A stretch of DNA of 64,000 bases from Spirochaetia bacterium (GTDB lineage: Bacteria; Spirochaetota; Spirochaetia; SZUA-6; Bin103): NCBI GenBank assembly GCA_965199955.1, contig CBDATQ010000002.1:1-64000 (forward strand), in the 5' to 3' direction. This document shows positions 52,012-61,324 of the stretch, piece by piece (the stretch's first letter is position 1; each line of letters begins with the position of its first letter). The notes under the pieces were generated by a model. It was not told the DNA's origin. It saw nothing but the letters and a program-made list of their open reading frames with translations, and did no database searches. The translations under genes and the position numbers were made by a program.

Positions 52012-52854
52012 GTGCCGACTCGCAGCGTCCCGGCCCGCACGCTTCCCGAACGCGCCGGCCGGGCCGTGTGCCTGGCGTTCTGCACGGCGGTGCTGCTATT
52101 CCTGATCGCGCCGCTGCTGGTGTTCGTGCCGCTCAGCTTCAACGTGGAGCCCTACTTCACCTTCACCGAGGGAATGCTCAGGCTCGACCCCGACGCCTAT
52201 TCCCTTCGCTGGTACCGGAGTGTGGCGGGCGACGAGGAGTGGCTGCGCGCGCTGGTCAACAGCCTGGTCATCGGTGCGGCGGCCACGGCGCTGGCGACCG
52301 TGCTGGGCACCGTCGCCGCGCTCGGCCTGTCGAGCCCGGCGATGCCGGGCCGTACCGCCATCATGGGGCTGCTCCTGTCGCCGATCGTGACGCCGCTGAT
52401 CATCTCCGCGGTCGGCATGTTCTTCTTCTACTCGGAGATCGGGCTGGCGCAGACCCACCTGGGGCTGATCCTGGCGCACACCACGCTGGGCGCGCCCTTC
52501 GTGGTCATCACCGTCATCGCGACCCTGTCCGGCTTCGACCGCAACCTGCTGCGCGCCTCCGCCAGCCTGGGCGCCGGCCCGCTGACCGGCTTCCGCCGCA
52601 TCCAGCTCCCCCTGATCGCCCCGGGCGTCGTATCCGGCGCGCTGTTCGCCTTCGCCACCTCGTTCGACGAGGTGGTGACCGTGCTGTTCATCGGCGGCCT
52701 GGAGCAGCGCACCATCCCGCGGCAGATGTGGTCGGGCATCCGCGAGGAGATCAGCCCCGCGATCCTGGCCGTCGCCACCGTCCTGCTGGCCTTCGCCCTG
52801 CTGTTCATGGCCACCGTCCAGTGGCTCCGCGGGCGCAGTGACCGATCCGCTTGA
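52012..52854 (+). CDS. Polyamine-type ABC permease (PotC-like)
   Basis: SLRWY, ASASLGA and FATSFDE motifs. Confidence 0.9.
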   Translation: MPTRSVPARTLPERAGRAVCLAFCTAVLLFLIAPLLVFVPLSFNVEPYFTFTEGMLRLDPDAYSLRWYRSVAGDEEWLRALVNSLVIGAAATALATVLGTVAALGLSSPAMPGRTAIMGLLLSPIVTPLIISAVGMFFFYSEIGLAQTHLGLILAHTTLGAPFVVITVIATLSGFDRNLLRASASLGAGPLTGFRRIQLPLIAPGVVSGALFAFATSFDEVVTVLFIGGLEQRTIPRQMWSGIREEISPAILAVATVLLAFALLFMATVQWLRGRSDRSA

Positions 52855-52923
52855 CCGGCAGGCGGGTGAATCGGATGAGGACGCCGAGTGGTGACACTCG
52901 TTCGGAGAAGGGGGCACCGATTC

Positions 52924-54495
52924 TCATGGCTGCGATCGCGCGGCGGACTCGCCCATGATCGATTCGGCGGCGTAGACGCGGTACTGGTTGGGCTTGCCGG
53001 GCGAGCGGTGGCCGACCTCCCAGACGGTGCGGCCGTCGGGAGTGACCTCGGCGATGATGAACACGCGGCAGCAGCGCTCGGCGCGGCTCGATCCGTACAG
53101 GATCAGGGTGTTGCCGCCCGGCAGGCGCTGCACGCTGGAGCAGCACGCCGCGTACAGCGGCGGCCGGTGCCAGTATTCCCAGACCCGGCGCGCGATCATC
53201 CGCTCCAGGTCGAGCTCCAGCTCCACCGCGCGGGAGAACTGGCCGCCCTCGTCGTAGGGCCGGCCGGTGCCGTTGTCGAAGAGCAGCACGTTGCCGTTGG
53301 CGAGCGGCACGGCCGTGTGCTGCGCGTAGAAGCGGTCGCGCGGATCCTCGAGCGTGAAGTCGCTGCCCGGACCGCCCAGGCGCCAGCGCACGGAGGCAAG
53401 GTCGGGGGCGATCGAGATCACCTGGTTCAGGTGGCCGAGCGACACCAGCACGCTGCCGTCCTCGGCGACCACGGCAGAGTTGCCGTGGCTCCAGTCCTGC
53501 ACCCGCGGGTCGCGCTCGCATCCTCCCCACATGGGGTGTCCCGGCAGGGTCCGGTTTGAGGCGGGCGCCGTCCGGTCGGCGGGGGAGAGGTGGTCGAAGA
53601 TGTTCCAGACGATCTCCGCGGTGCCCGCCTCCGCGTCCCAGATGCCCAGCGTGTCGCCTTCCTGAGGCACGGCCGGGTCGCCGTAGCCGTCCCGGAGCAC
53701 GTCGCGCGACAGGTACAGCACGCGGCCGTCCGGCAGCACCTGCACCTCGTGATGCATGGGGCCGAACGGCGCGCACTCGTCGCGGAGGCGGTGGATCTCG
53801 CGTCCCAGAGGGTCGATCTCCACCAGTCCGGCGGCGGTGGTGCCGCCCTTGAAGCCCGCAAGGTAGACGATGTTGCCGTTCGGGCGGCGGGCCATGACGT
53901 AGGGCTGCTCGCCCTCCGGCGCCTGGAAGTACCAGACGACGTGTCCCTGACCGTCGAACGCCGCCAGGCCGAAGAACTCGGTCTGCCGGAACTCCAGGAA
54001 CGTAACCGGCAGGGTGGGATCCCCGCGCCACACGTCGAACACGGCGTCGCGCAGGCCCTCGGGCAGCTCGCCGGTGGTGAAGTCGCCTGCCGGCGTCGGC
54101 TCCGACATGCGGCCGCCGGCGTCGACGGCGCGCACCTCGTAGCGGTACTCGGTCGCGGCGCGCAGGCGGACGAGGTGGGCGGCGAAGGAGGTGCCATCGC
54201 TGGCCACGGGCGCCGAGCGCAGTACCGCGTCGCTGTCGGCGGCGGGCCAATAGTCGACCACCACGCTGCCGGGCGCGGCCAGCTCGCCTTCCACCACGGC
54301 GATCAGCGTATTGCCGGCGTGGATTCGTGCGGAAGCGTGCAGCGAAGGCGCGCGGGCCGCCGGCTCGTTGTCCGCCCAGCCGGCGGCCGTCGCGACCAGG
54401 AGGGCGGCGGCAAGCGGCGCCCATCGAGCGAACCTGGGCGGCCGGCCCCCAACGCGGGCGAACGGCGAGGACGACGGAGAGGGATTGGCCGGCAT
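52924..54495 (-). CDS. Second secreted ASST-like protein, paralog of 46318-47784
   Basis: Signal peptide; LRAATEYRY; HHE, H.NS, WRLGG, QH, LFDNG, FSRA.E and VWEY motifs. Confidence 0.8.
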   Translation of the reverse strand: MPANPSPSSSPFARVGGRPPRFARWAPLAAALLVATAAGWADNEPAARAPSLHASARIHAGNTLIAVVEGELAAPGSVVVDYWPAADSDAVLRSAPVASDGTSFAAHLVRLRAATEYRYEVRAVDAGGRMSEPTPAGDFTTGELPEGLRDAVFDVWRGDPTLPVTFLEFRQTEFFGLAAFDGQGHVVWYFQAPEGEQPYVMARRPNGNIVYLAGFKGGTTAAGLVEIDPLGREIHRLRDECAPFGPMHHEVQVLPDGRVLYLSRDVLRDGYGDPAVPQEGDTLGIWDAEAGTAEIVWNIFDHLSPADRTAPASNRTLPGHPMWGGCERDPRVQDWSHGNSAVVAEDGSVLVSLGHLNQVISIAPDLASVRWRLGGPGSDFTLEDPRDRFYAQHTAVPLANGNVLLFDNGTGRPYDEGGQFSRAVELELDLERMIARRVWEYWHRPPLYAACCSSVQRLPGGNTLILYGSSRAERCCRVFIIAEVTPDGRTVWEVGHRSPGKPNQYRVYAAESIMGESAARSQP

Positions 54496-54622
54496 GCGGC
54501 GCGCAGCGTGCCACGCCGGCACCCTCCCGGCCAGCAGGCGGCCTTTTCCTTGACAGATCGCGGGCCGGAGGGCGACTATGGTACGCGCTGAGCGCGACCG
54601 CGCTCGAGCGCTTGGAGGAATC

Positions 54623-56638
54623 ATGCGTACGCACACGAAAGTAGGGGTGTTGGCATTGACCCTGGGCCTGGCCCTGTCGATGTCGGCATCCGCCGAACTG
54701 TCGACCTTCGCCTACGACGGCCCGATGCCGACCTCGTTCAACGAGGCGCCGATGCTGGCCGAACGTGTCGCGGCGGGCGAGCTGCCCCCGGTCGAGGAGC
54801 GGCTGCCGATCGCGTCGGACGTCCTGGTCGTCCCGGTGGTCGAGCGGATCGGCGAGTACGGCGGCACGTGGCGGCGCGGCTTCGCCGGACCCGGCGACGG
54901 CCAGAACGCCGACCGCATCATGATGGACCACCTGCTGCTGTACGACATTAACGGCACCGACATCGTGCCCAACAACGTCAGGGACTGGACGCTGGAGGAC
55001 GACGGCGTCACCTACACGTTCCATCTCCGGCGCGAGATGAAGTGGTCGGACGGCGAGCCGTTCACCGCGGACGACTTCCTGTGGGCCAACGAGCACATCG
55101 TCTGCCATGAGACGCTGAACCCGGAGAAGCAGTGCCGCCTGGGCTTCTCGTCCTTCAACCCGGGAGTGCGCAAGATCGACGACAGCACCATCCAGTGGTA
55201 CTTCGACAGCCCGCAGGCCGGCTTCATCGACGACGTGGCCACCTACCGCGTCGCCGGCTGGACGCTCAACGGCCGCGTCGGCTCGCCCTCGTTCGCACCC
55301 GCCCACTTCCTGGAGCAGTTCCACAAGGACTTCGCCGACGAGGACGACATCAACGAGATGGTGTCCGAAGAGGGCTTCGAGAACTGGGAGACCTTCTTCA
55401 GGAACAAGATCGACGTGCACAAGACGGTCGAGGCGCCGACGGTCGCCCCGTGGGTCGTCACCAGCCCCAACAACACCGACCTGTGGGCGTTCGAGCGCAA
55501 TCCGTACTACTACGGGGTCGATCCGGACGGAAACCAGCTCCCGTACATCGACTACATCCAGATGCGGCTGTACGCGGACTCCGAGGTGCACAACCTGCGC
55601 GCCGCCAACGGCGAGTACGACTTCAACCACCGCTCCATCGCCTTCAACAACGTGCCCACCTTCATCGAGAACGGGGAGAAGGGGAACTACCGGCTGATGC
55701 TGTGGCCGGGCGACGCCACCGTGGCGGTCGCCTTCAACTACACCTACGGCCTGGGCGAGGTCACCGAGGAGGCGGATCCGGAGATCCGCAAGTGGATCAC
55801 CAACCGCGACTTCAAGATCGCCATGTCGCACGCCATCAACCGCGACAAGATCAACGAGCTGATCTATTTCGGCACGGCCACGGGACGGCAGGCGGTGTTC
55901 CCGAGCTGGCACGCCCACTACCCGGGCGATGACATCGCGTTCCGCTACACCGATCACGACCCGGCCAAGGCCAACCAGATGCTGGACGACATCGGCCTGT
56001 CCGAACGGGACTCGGACGGCTTCCGCCTGCGCAGCGACGGCAGCGGCAGGACCTTGACCCTGGACTTCTCCCTCAGCCTGGGCTGGTTCACCACCGCGGG
56101 CATCGGCGAGCTCCTCAAGGAGGACTGGAAGGAGGTCGGCGTCAACGTCAACCTGCGCCTCGTGCAGGGCCAGGCGGCCGTCGACGAGCGCGGCGGCAAC
56201 CTGCAGCAGCTCTACCTGGACGGGGACGTCAACGCGCGCGAGCCGACCAGCCTGATCTCCGGCCGCAGCGCCTTCCCGGCGTACTCGAACTGGTACGCGC
56301 AGCGCGCGGGCTCCTACACGCTCGGCGCGGTCGTGGCCGAGCCGCCGGAATCCGACACCGAATTCTGGCGGCTGGTCGAGCTCAGCGACGAATCTCAGTT
56401 GCTGCGCTACGCCGACCGCAAGGAGAACTACCTGGAGACGCAGGAGATCGCCGTGAACAACCTGTACTACATCGGCCTGATCGGCGATTCGGCCGCCTCC
56501 AACGGCGTCATCGTCGTCAAGAACAACTTCCGCAACGTGCCGGAGCGCGCGCCGAACGTCTCGGCGCTGCAGAACCCGGGCAGCGGGCGGACCGTTCAGT
56601 TCTTCTTCGAGGGCGGCCTGAACGACGCAGGCTTCTAG
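54623..56638 (+). CDS. ABC substrate-binding protein, family 5
   Basis: SD GGAGG; signal peptide; EAPMLAE.VAAGELPPVEERLP, KWSDGEPFTADD and RNPYY..D..GNQLPYID motifs; TTGACA at 54550 upstream. Confidence 0.93.
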   Translation: MRTHTKVGVLALTLGLALSMSASAELSTFAYDGPMPTSFNEAPMLAERVAAGELPPVEERLPIASDVLVVPVVERIGEYGGTWRRGFAGPGDGQNADRIMMDHLLLYDINGTDIVPNNVRDWTLEDDGVTYTFHLRREMKWSDGEPFTADDFLWANEHIVCHETLNPEKQCRLGFSSFNPGVRKIDDSTIQWYFDSPQAGFIDDVATYRVAGWTLNGRVGSPSFAPAHFLEQFHKDFADEDDINEMVSEEGFENWETFFRNKIDVHKTVEAPTVAPWVVTSPNNTDLWAFERNPYYYGVDPDGNQLPYIDYIQMRLYADSEVHNLRAANGEYDFNHRSIAFNNVPTFIENGEKGNYRLMLWPGDATVAVAFNYTYGLGEVTEEADPEIRKWITNRDFKIAMSHAINRDKINELIYFGTATGRQAVFPSWHAHYPGDDIAFRYTDHDPAKANQMLDDIGLSERDSDGFRLRSDGSGRTLTLDFSLSLGWFTTAGIGELLKEDWKEVGVNVNLRLVQGQAAVDERGGNLQQLYLDGDVNAREPTSLISGRSAFPAYSNWYAQRAGSYTLGAVVAEPPESDTEFWRLVELSDESQLLRYADRKENYLETQEIAVNNLYYIGLIGDSAASNGVIVVKNNFRNVPERAPNVSALQNPGSGRTVQFFFEGGLNDAGF

Positions 56639-56665
56639 CGTCGATTCACGTGGATTGATGCGAGC

Positions 56666-56691
56666 GGCCCGCTCCTGCGACGGAGCGGGCC
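56666..56691 (+). terminator. Intergenic stem-loop after the binding-protein gene (mRNA stabiliser or attenuator)
   Basis: Perfect 10-bp stem GGCCCGCTCC/GGAGCGGGCC with 6-nt loop; no strong U-tract. Confidence 0.5.
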
Positions 56692-56715
56692 TCTCGTCGA
56701 TTCCGTCCTGACCCC

Positions 56716-57723
56716 ATGGGTGCCTATCTCGCCCGCCGTCTTGGCTACGCGGTGTTCACGTCGCTGGCCATCTCCCTGATCGCGTTCCTGATCGTCCAGC
56801 TCCCCCCGGGTGACTTCGCCACCTTCTACGTGCAGTCGCTGCTGGGCGCCGGTCAGGGGGCCGGAGCGTCCGGGAACATCCTGGGCGACCCGGCTCTGGA
56901 GGCGCAGTTGCGCGCCGACTTCGGGCTGGACCGGCCGGTGCCCATCCAGTACCTCAAGTGGCTGCAGCGCATCGTCACCGGCGACTGGGGGATGTCCTTC
57001 GCGTTCGGCCGGCCGATCGCCGAGGTGATCGCCGACCGGCTCGCCAACACCCTCATCCTGGCCGTCGGCACCATTCTGTTTACCTGGATTCTGGCGATAC
57101 CGATCGGCATCTACTCCGCCGTGCACCACAACACGCCGCAGGACTACGCGGTCACGTTCATCGGCTTCCTGGGGCTGGCGGTGCCGAACTTCCTCCTGGG
57201 GCTGATATTGCTGTGGTTGGGGGCGCTCGTGTTCGGCTGGGAGATCGGCGGCCTGTACTCGCCGGAATACCTCAATCAGCCGTGGACATGGGCCAAGTTC
57301 GTCAACATGCTGCGCCACCTGATCGCCCCGGCGATCGTGCTGGGCACTGCCGGCACGGCGGCGCTGATCCGCGTCATGCGCAACAACCTGCTTGACGAGC
57401 TGGGCAAGCAGTACGTCATGTCGGCGCGCGCCAAGGGCGTGGCCGAGTGGAAGCTCATCTTCAAGTACCCGGTGCGCCTGGCGTTCAATCCGTTCATCTC
57501 CACGATGGGCTACCTGCTGCCGTTCCTGCTGTCCGGCGACGTGATCGTCTCCACCGTGCTCAGCCTGCCGACCGTGGGGCCGGTGCTGCTGCAGGCGATC
57601 CTCAGCGAGGACCTGTACCTGGCCTCCACGATCTTTCTCTGGCTTGGCATGCTGACCGTGATCGGTACGCTGATCTCCGACCTGCTGCTGGCCGTGACCG
57701 ACCCGCGCATCCGGTTGAGTTGA
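56716..57723 (+). CDS. Opp/Dpp ABC permease (DppB-like)
   Basis: PPGDF, GDWGMSF, YVMSARAKG and DPRIR motifs. Confidence 0.93.
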   Translation: MGAYLARRLGYAVFTSLAISLIAFLIVQLPPGDFATFYVQSLLGAGQGAGASGNILGDPALEAQLRADFGLDRPVPIQYLKWLQRIVTGDWGMSFAFGRPIAEVIADRLANTLILAVGTILFTWILAIPIGIYSAVHHNTPQDYAVTFIGFLGLAVPNFLLGLILLWLGALVFGWEIGGLYSPEYLNQPWTWAKFVNMLRHLIAPAIVLGTAGTAALIRVMRNNLLDELGKQYVMSARAKGVAEWKLIFKYPVRLAFNPFISTMGYLLPFLLSGDVIVSTVLSLPTVGPVLLQAILSEDLYLASTIFLWLGMLTVIGTLISDLLLAVTDPRIRLS

Positions 57724-57727
57724 CGCG

Positions 57728-58870
57728 ATGCCCTCGGAATCCGACGAAGCCGTGGTAGCTACCCGCTCTCCCGTAGAGGACGAGCGGCGCTACCTGGCCG
57801 GCCAATGGAAGCTCATGTGGTGGCGCTTCCGCCGCCACAAGGCCGCGATCGCCTCGGCGATCGTGGTCGCACTGTTCTACCTGGTGGCGATCTTCGCCGA
57901 CACGCTGTCGAGCTCCGATCCCGCGACGTCGGACGAACAGTTCCCGACCGTGCCGCCGCAGCGCCTGCACTTCTTCGACGACGGGGCGCTGCGCCTGCAC
58001 GTCTACGACCTGATCGGCAAGCGCGATCTGAAGACGTTCCGCAAGGTGTATGAGCCCGACCCGGACACGCGCCTGCGCGTGCGGCTGATCGGCGACGGTT
58101 ACGAGTACAAGCTGCTGGGTCTGTTTCGAAGCACCAAGCATCTCCTGGTCGTCGAGGGCCACGAGCGGCGGACGGCGCCGTTCCTGTTCGGCACCGACGA
58201 GCAGGGCCGCGATATCGTCGCCCGCATCCTGCACGGCACGCGCCTGTCGCTGTCCATCGGCCTGATCGGCGTGGTGATCAGCCTGGTGCTGGGCATCCTG
58301 ATCGGCGGCGCGTCCGGGTACTACGGCGGAAAGGTCGATACGGCCATCCAGCGCCTCATCGAGATACTGCGCTCCATCCCGACGATACCGCTCTGGATCG
58401 GGCTGGCAGCGGCCCTTCCGCGGGAATTCACCGTCCAGCAGAGGTATCTGGCGATCACCATCCTCCTGTCGCTGTACGCGTGGACGGAGATCGCTCGGGT
58501 CGTGCGCGGCCGGTTCCTGGCCATGCGCGAGGAGGACTTCATCGCCGCCGCGCGGCTTGCCGGCACCCGCGACCTGACCATCATCGTCCGCCACATGGTC
58601 CCCAATTTCGCCAGCCACCTGATCGCGGCGGCGTCGCTGGCTATCCCGTTCATGATCGTGAGCGAGACCTCGCTGAGCTTCCTGGGACTGGGTCTGCAGG
58701 CGCCGGCGATAAGCTGGGGGGTGCTGCTCAAGGCGGCGTCGAATGCGCGCACGGTCGCCTCGCTGCCGTGGCTGATGCTGCCGGCCATCCCGGTGATCAT
58801 CTCCGTGCTGGCGTTCAACTTCATGGGCGACGGCCTGCGCGACGCCGCCGACCCCTACGACCGCAAGTAG
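57728..58870 (+). CDS. Opp/Dpp ABC permease (DppC-like)
   Basis: WWRFRRHK, GTDEQGRD, ETSLSFLG and GDGLRDAADP motifs. Confidence 0.93.
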   Translation: MPSESDEAVVATRSPVEDERRYLAGQWKLMWWRFRRHKAAIASAIVVALFYLVAIFADTLSSSDPATSDEQFPTVPPQRLHFFDDGALRLHVYDLIGKRDLKTFRKVYEPDPDTRLRVRLIGDGYEYKLLGLFRSTKHLLVVEGHERRTAPFLFGTDEQGRDIVARILHGTRLSLSIGLIGVVISLVLGILIGGASGYYGGKVDTAIQRLIEILRSIPTIPLWIGLAAALPREFTVQQRYLAITILLSLYAWTEIARVVRGRFLAMREEDFIAAARLAGTRDLTIIVRHMVPNFASHLIAAASLAIPFMIVSETSLSFLGLGLQAPAISWGVLLKAASNARTVASLPWLMLPAIPVIISVLAFNFMGDGLRDAADPYDRK

Positions 58871-58885
58871 TCGAGGCTGACGCCG

Positions 58886-59713
58886 CTACGGCCGTTCCGC
58901 CACGCGGACGTACCTGGCGAGCTGATCGGGCTCGGCCACGTGTGTCCAGTAAAGGTCGCCGTTCGGGGCGACGCAGACGCAATGACCCCAGTAGTCGATG
59001 CTCTCGGCCAGCACCGTGCCGTCCAGGTCCATGATGCCCGAGCCGACGAAGACGTGGTCGTCGCCGTCCAGGGCGATGTTGTTGGCCCGCTCCAGCGGGC
59101 GCTCGCGGATGAAGCCGCCGTCCGCGTCGAACACCTGCACCCGGAAGTTCTCGCGGTCGGCGACCCAGACCTGGCCGCGGCGGTCGACGCCGATCGAGTG
59201 CGGGGTATCGAACTGGCCGGGCCCGCCGCCCGGTTCGCCCCAGGAGGTGATCAGCGTCCCGTCCGCGGCGAACCGGTGGATGCGCGCCTGCCCGTAGCCG
59301 TCGGCAACGTAGAGGTCTCCCGACGGGGCCTGGAACGCCTGCGTCGGGCTGTTGAACGGCTGTCCCGGCGCTCCCGGCCGGCCGGCCGTGCCCAGGGTGT
59401 CGAGCAGCGTGCCGTCGAGCGTGAGGCGGTGCACGACGTGGTCCAGGACGTCGGTGACGTAGAGGGTGTCGTCGGGTGCCACGCTGATGCCGTGGATGCC
59501 GGCTGGATGGCGGAACGCCGCATGCGTCCAGCAGTCCAGACGCGCCCCGTCCGCGCCATAGACCAGGATCTTCGGGTCCGGCTCGCGGCTGCACACGTAG
59601 ACGCGTTCGCGGCGGTCGCAGGCCACGCTGCAGAGGACCCCGCGCGCGGCCGCATCCCGGTGCGCCCACCGGTCGTCGACCCGGTAGCGAAACGCGCCTT
59701 TACCGATTGTCAT
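58886..59713 (-). CDS. NHL-repeat beta-propeller protein (PAL-like)
   Basis: FNSPT, LYVADGYG..RIHRF, G.GPGQF..PH.I and WVADREN.R.QVF motifs. Confidence 0.85.
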   Translation of the reverse strand: MTIGKGAFRYRVDDRWAHRDAAARGVLCSVACDRRERVYVCSREPDPKILVYGADGARLDCWTHAAFRHPAGIHGISVAPDDTLYVTDVLDHVVHRLTLDGTLLDTLGTAGRPGAPGQPFNSPTQAFQAPSGDLYVADGYGQARIHRFAADGTLITSWGEPGGGPGQFDTPHSIGVDRRGQVWVADRENFRVQVFDADGGFIRERPLERANNIALDGDDHVFVGSGIMDLDGTVLAESIDYWGHCVCVAPNGDLYWTHVAEPDQLARYVRVAERP

Positions 59714-61220
59714 AGTCCGACTCCTCGCCCGGACCGCCGCCGGCGGTGTGCAGCGTCGCGGCCCCGATCGGCGCCGGGTAGCGCCAACTCCATCCGGGCT
59801 GTCCGAACGCCTCGTCGGTCGCCAGTGAGTACGGCGAGACCAGACGGTCGTGCATGGCCAGGTCGGCGCCGGCCATCACCTCGGCGGTGAGCAGGGCATC
59901 GAGCCGCAGGAGCTCGCGCGCCGCGGCGGGGTCTTCCGCGCGGTCGACCAGCTCGTCCGGGTCTTCGGCCAGGTTGAACAACAACGGCGCGTGCCCGTGG
60001 TACTTGCAGAGCTTCCAGGTGCCGTCGAACGCGACCCAGGCTCCGGCGAGCACGCCCAGTAACTCGGTTCGGCCGTCGCCGTCGGCTCCCAGGCCGGGCA
60101 GGGGGCGGGCGTCCATGTGCGCGGGCGGCTTGACGCCGGCGATCCGCAGCATGCCGGCCGTGACGTCGCGGAGCTCCACCAGCTCCGGACGATCGGTGCC
60201 GGGGACGATCCCCGGACCCTGCGCCACCAGCGGTATGCGCATCGAGCCTTCGAAGAAGTTGCCCTTGCCCTGCATGCCATGGTCGCCGAGCAGGTCGCCG
60301 TGATCGCTGGCGAAGATGACGACGGTGTCGTCGAGCTGGCCGCTGTCACGGAGCGCCGCGAACATCGCCCCGACCTCGTGGTCGATCCCCTTGACCAGCC
60401 CGGCGTAGTGGGAGCGCATGGTGGCGCTCTCTGCCGGACTGAGCGGGGCATCCGGCATGCCCATGCCGGCGCGCTGGCGCTCGTGCGCCTCCCGGAGCCC
60501 GCCGGGGTCGCCGGCGGCGGCGCGCACAGGCGGCGGCATGTCCGCATCGCGGTACCGCACCGGAAAGTCGCGCGCCGGATCATACGGATCGTGCGGGCCA
60601 GGAAAGCCGACCATCAGCGCCCAGGGGGCCTCCTCGCCTGCATTCCGCTCGATGAACCGGCATGCCTCCCGCCCCGTGAATCGGTCGCAGGAGTGCTCCC
60701 ACGGGATGTCCGTGGTCGTTGCCCCGCGCGTGCGAAGGTAGTCGCCGTACTCCGGCCAGCGCAGCTTTGCCAGGCCGTGGGCTTCCAGGTAGCGCGCGTA
60801 GTCGTCGCGGATCAGCGGCCAGAGCTTGTCCTCGCAGGCCACCCGCTCGCGGAAGCCGTGCGCGGCGTCCCACGGGTAGAAGTGCATCTTGCCGATCGCC
60901 GCCGTGTGGTAGCCGGCCGCGGCCAGCAGCTCCGGCCAAGTGCGGATGCCGGCCTCGCCGTAGTCGGGCCGGAGCGCGTGCAGGTTGTCGGCCACGCCGG
61001 TGCGCGCGGCGCCCATGCCGGTCAGCAGCGCGGTGCGCGCCGGCACGCACAGCGGGGAAGCCGAGTACGCCCGCTCGTAGCGGATGCCGGCCGCGGCGAT
61101 TCCGTCGATGTGCGGCGTGTCGATGAACCCGGCGCCGTAGCAGCTCAGGAAGTCCGCACGGAGCTGATCGGCCAGGATGAACAGGATGTTGGGCCGGCGA
61201 GCGGAGGAGGTGCGGGCCAT
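59700..61220 (-). CDS. Formylglycine-dependent (Cys-type) sulfatase
   Basis: PNILFILADQ, CVPAR..LLTG, GKMH, PHDPY, SDHG and LFNL..DP.E motifs. Confidence 0.92.
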   Translation of the reverse strand: MARTSSARRPNILFILADQLRADFLSCYGAGFIDTPHIDGIAAAGIRYERAYSASPLCVPARTALLTGMGAARTGVADNLHALRPDYGEAGIRTWPELLAAAGYHTAAIGKMHFYPWDAAHGFRERVACEDKLWPLIRDDYARYLEAHGLAKLRWPEYGDYLRTRGATTTDIPWEHSCDRFTGREACRFIERNAGEEAPWALMVGFPGPHDPYDPARDFPVRYRDADMPPPVRAAAGDPGGLREAHERQRAGMGMPDAPLSPAESATMRSHYAGLVKGIDHEVGAMFAALRDSGQLDDTVVIFASDHGDLLGDHGMQGKGNFFEGSMRIPLVAQGPGIVPGTDRPELVELRDVTAGMLRIAGVKPPAHMDARPLPGLGADGDGRTELLGVLAGAWVAFDGTWKLCKYHGHAPLLFNLAEDPDELVDRAEDPAAARELLRLDALLTAEVMAGADLAMHDRLVSPYSLATDEAFGQPGWSWRYPAPIGAATLHTAGGGPGEESDYDNR

Positions 61221-61324
61221 CGACGAACGGTATCATGGAGCCAATGAAGACAACACCCTACAGGGCATTCTTGGAGGAGCAGCTCCGAGATCCACAAAGG
61301 CTGAGATCGTCCCGCCGCGGAACG

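Noticed and set aside
54550..54582. Sigma70 promoter TTGACA...TATGGT before the binding-protein gene
   Set aside because: Spacing is 21 bp; plausible but too weak to call.
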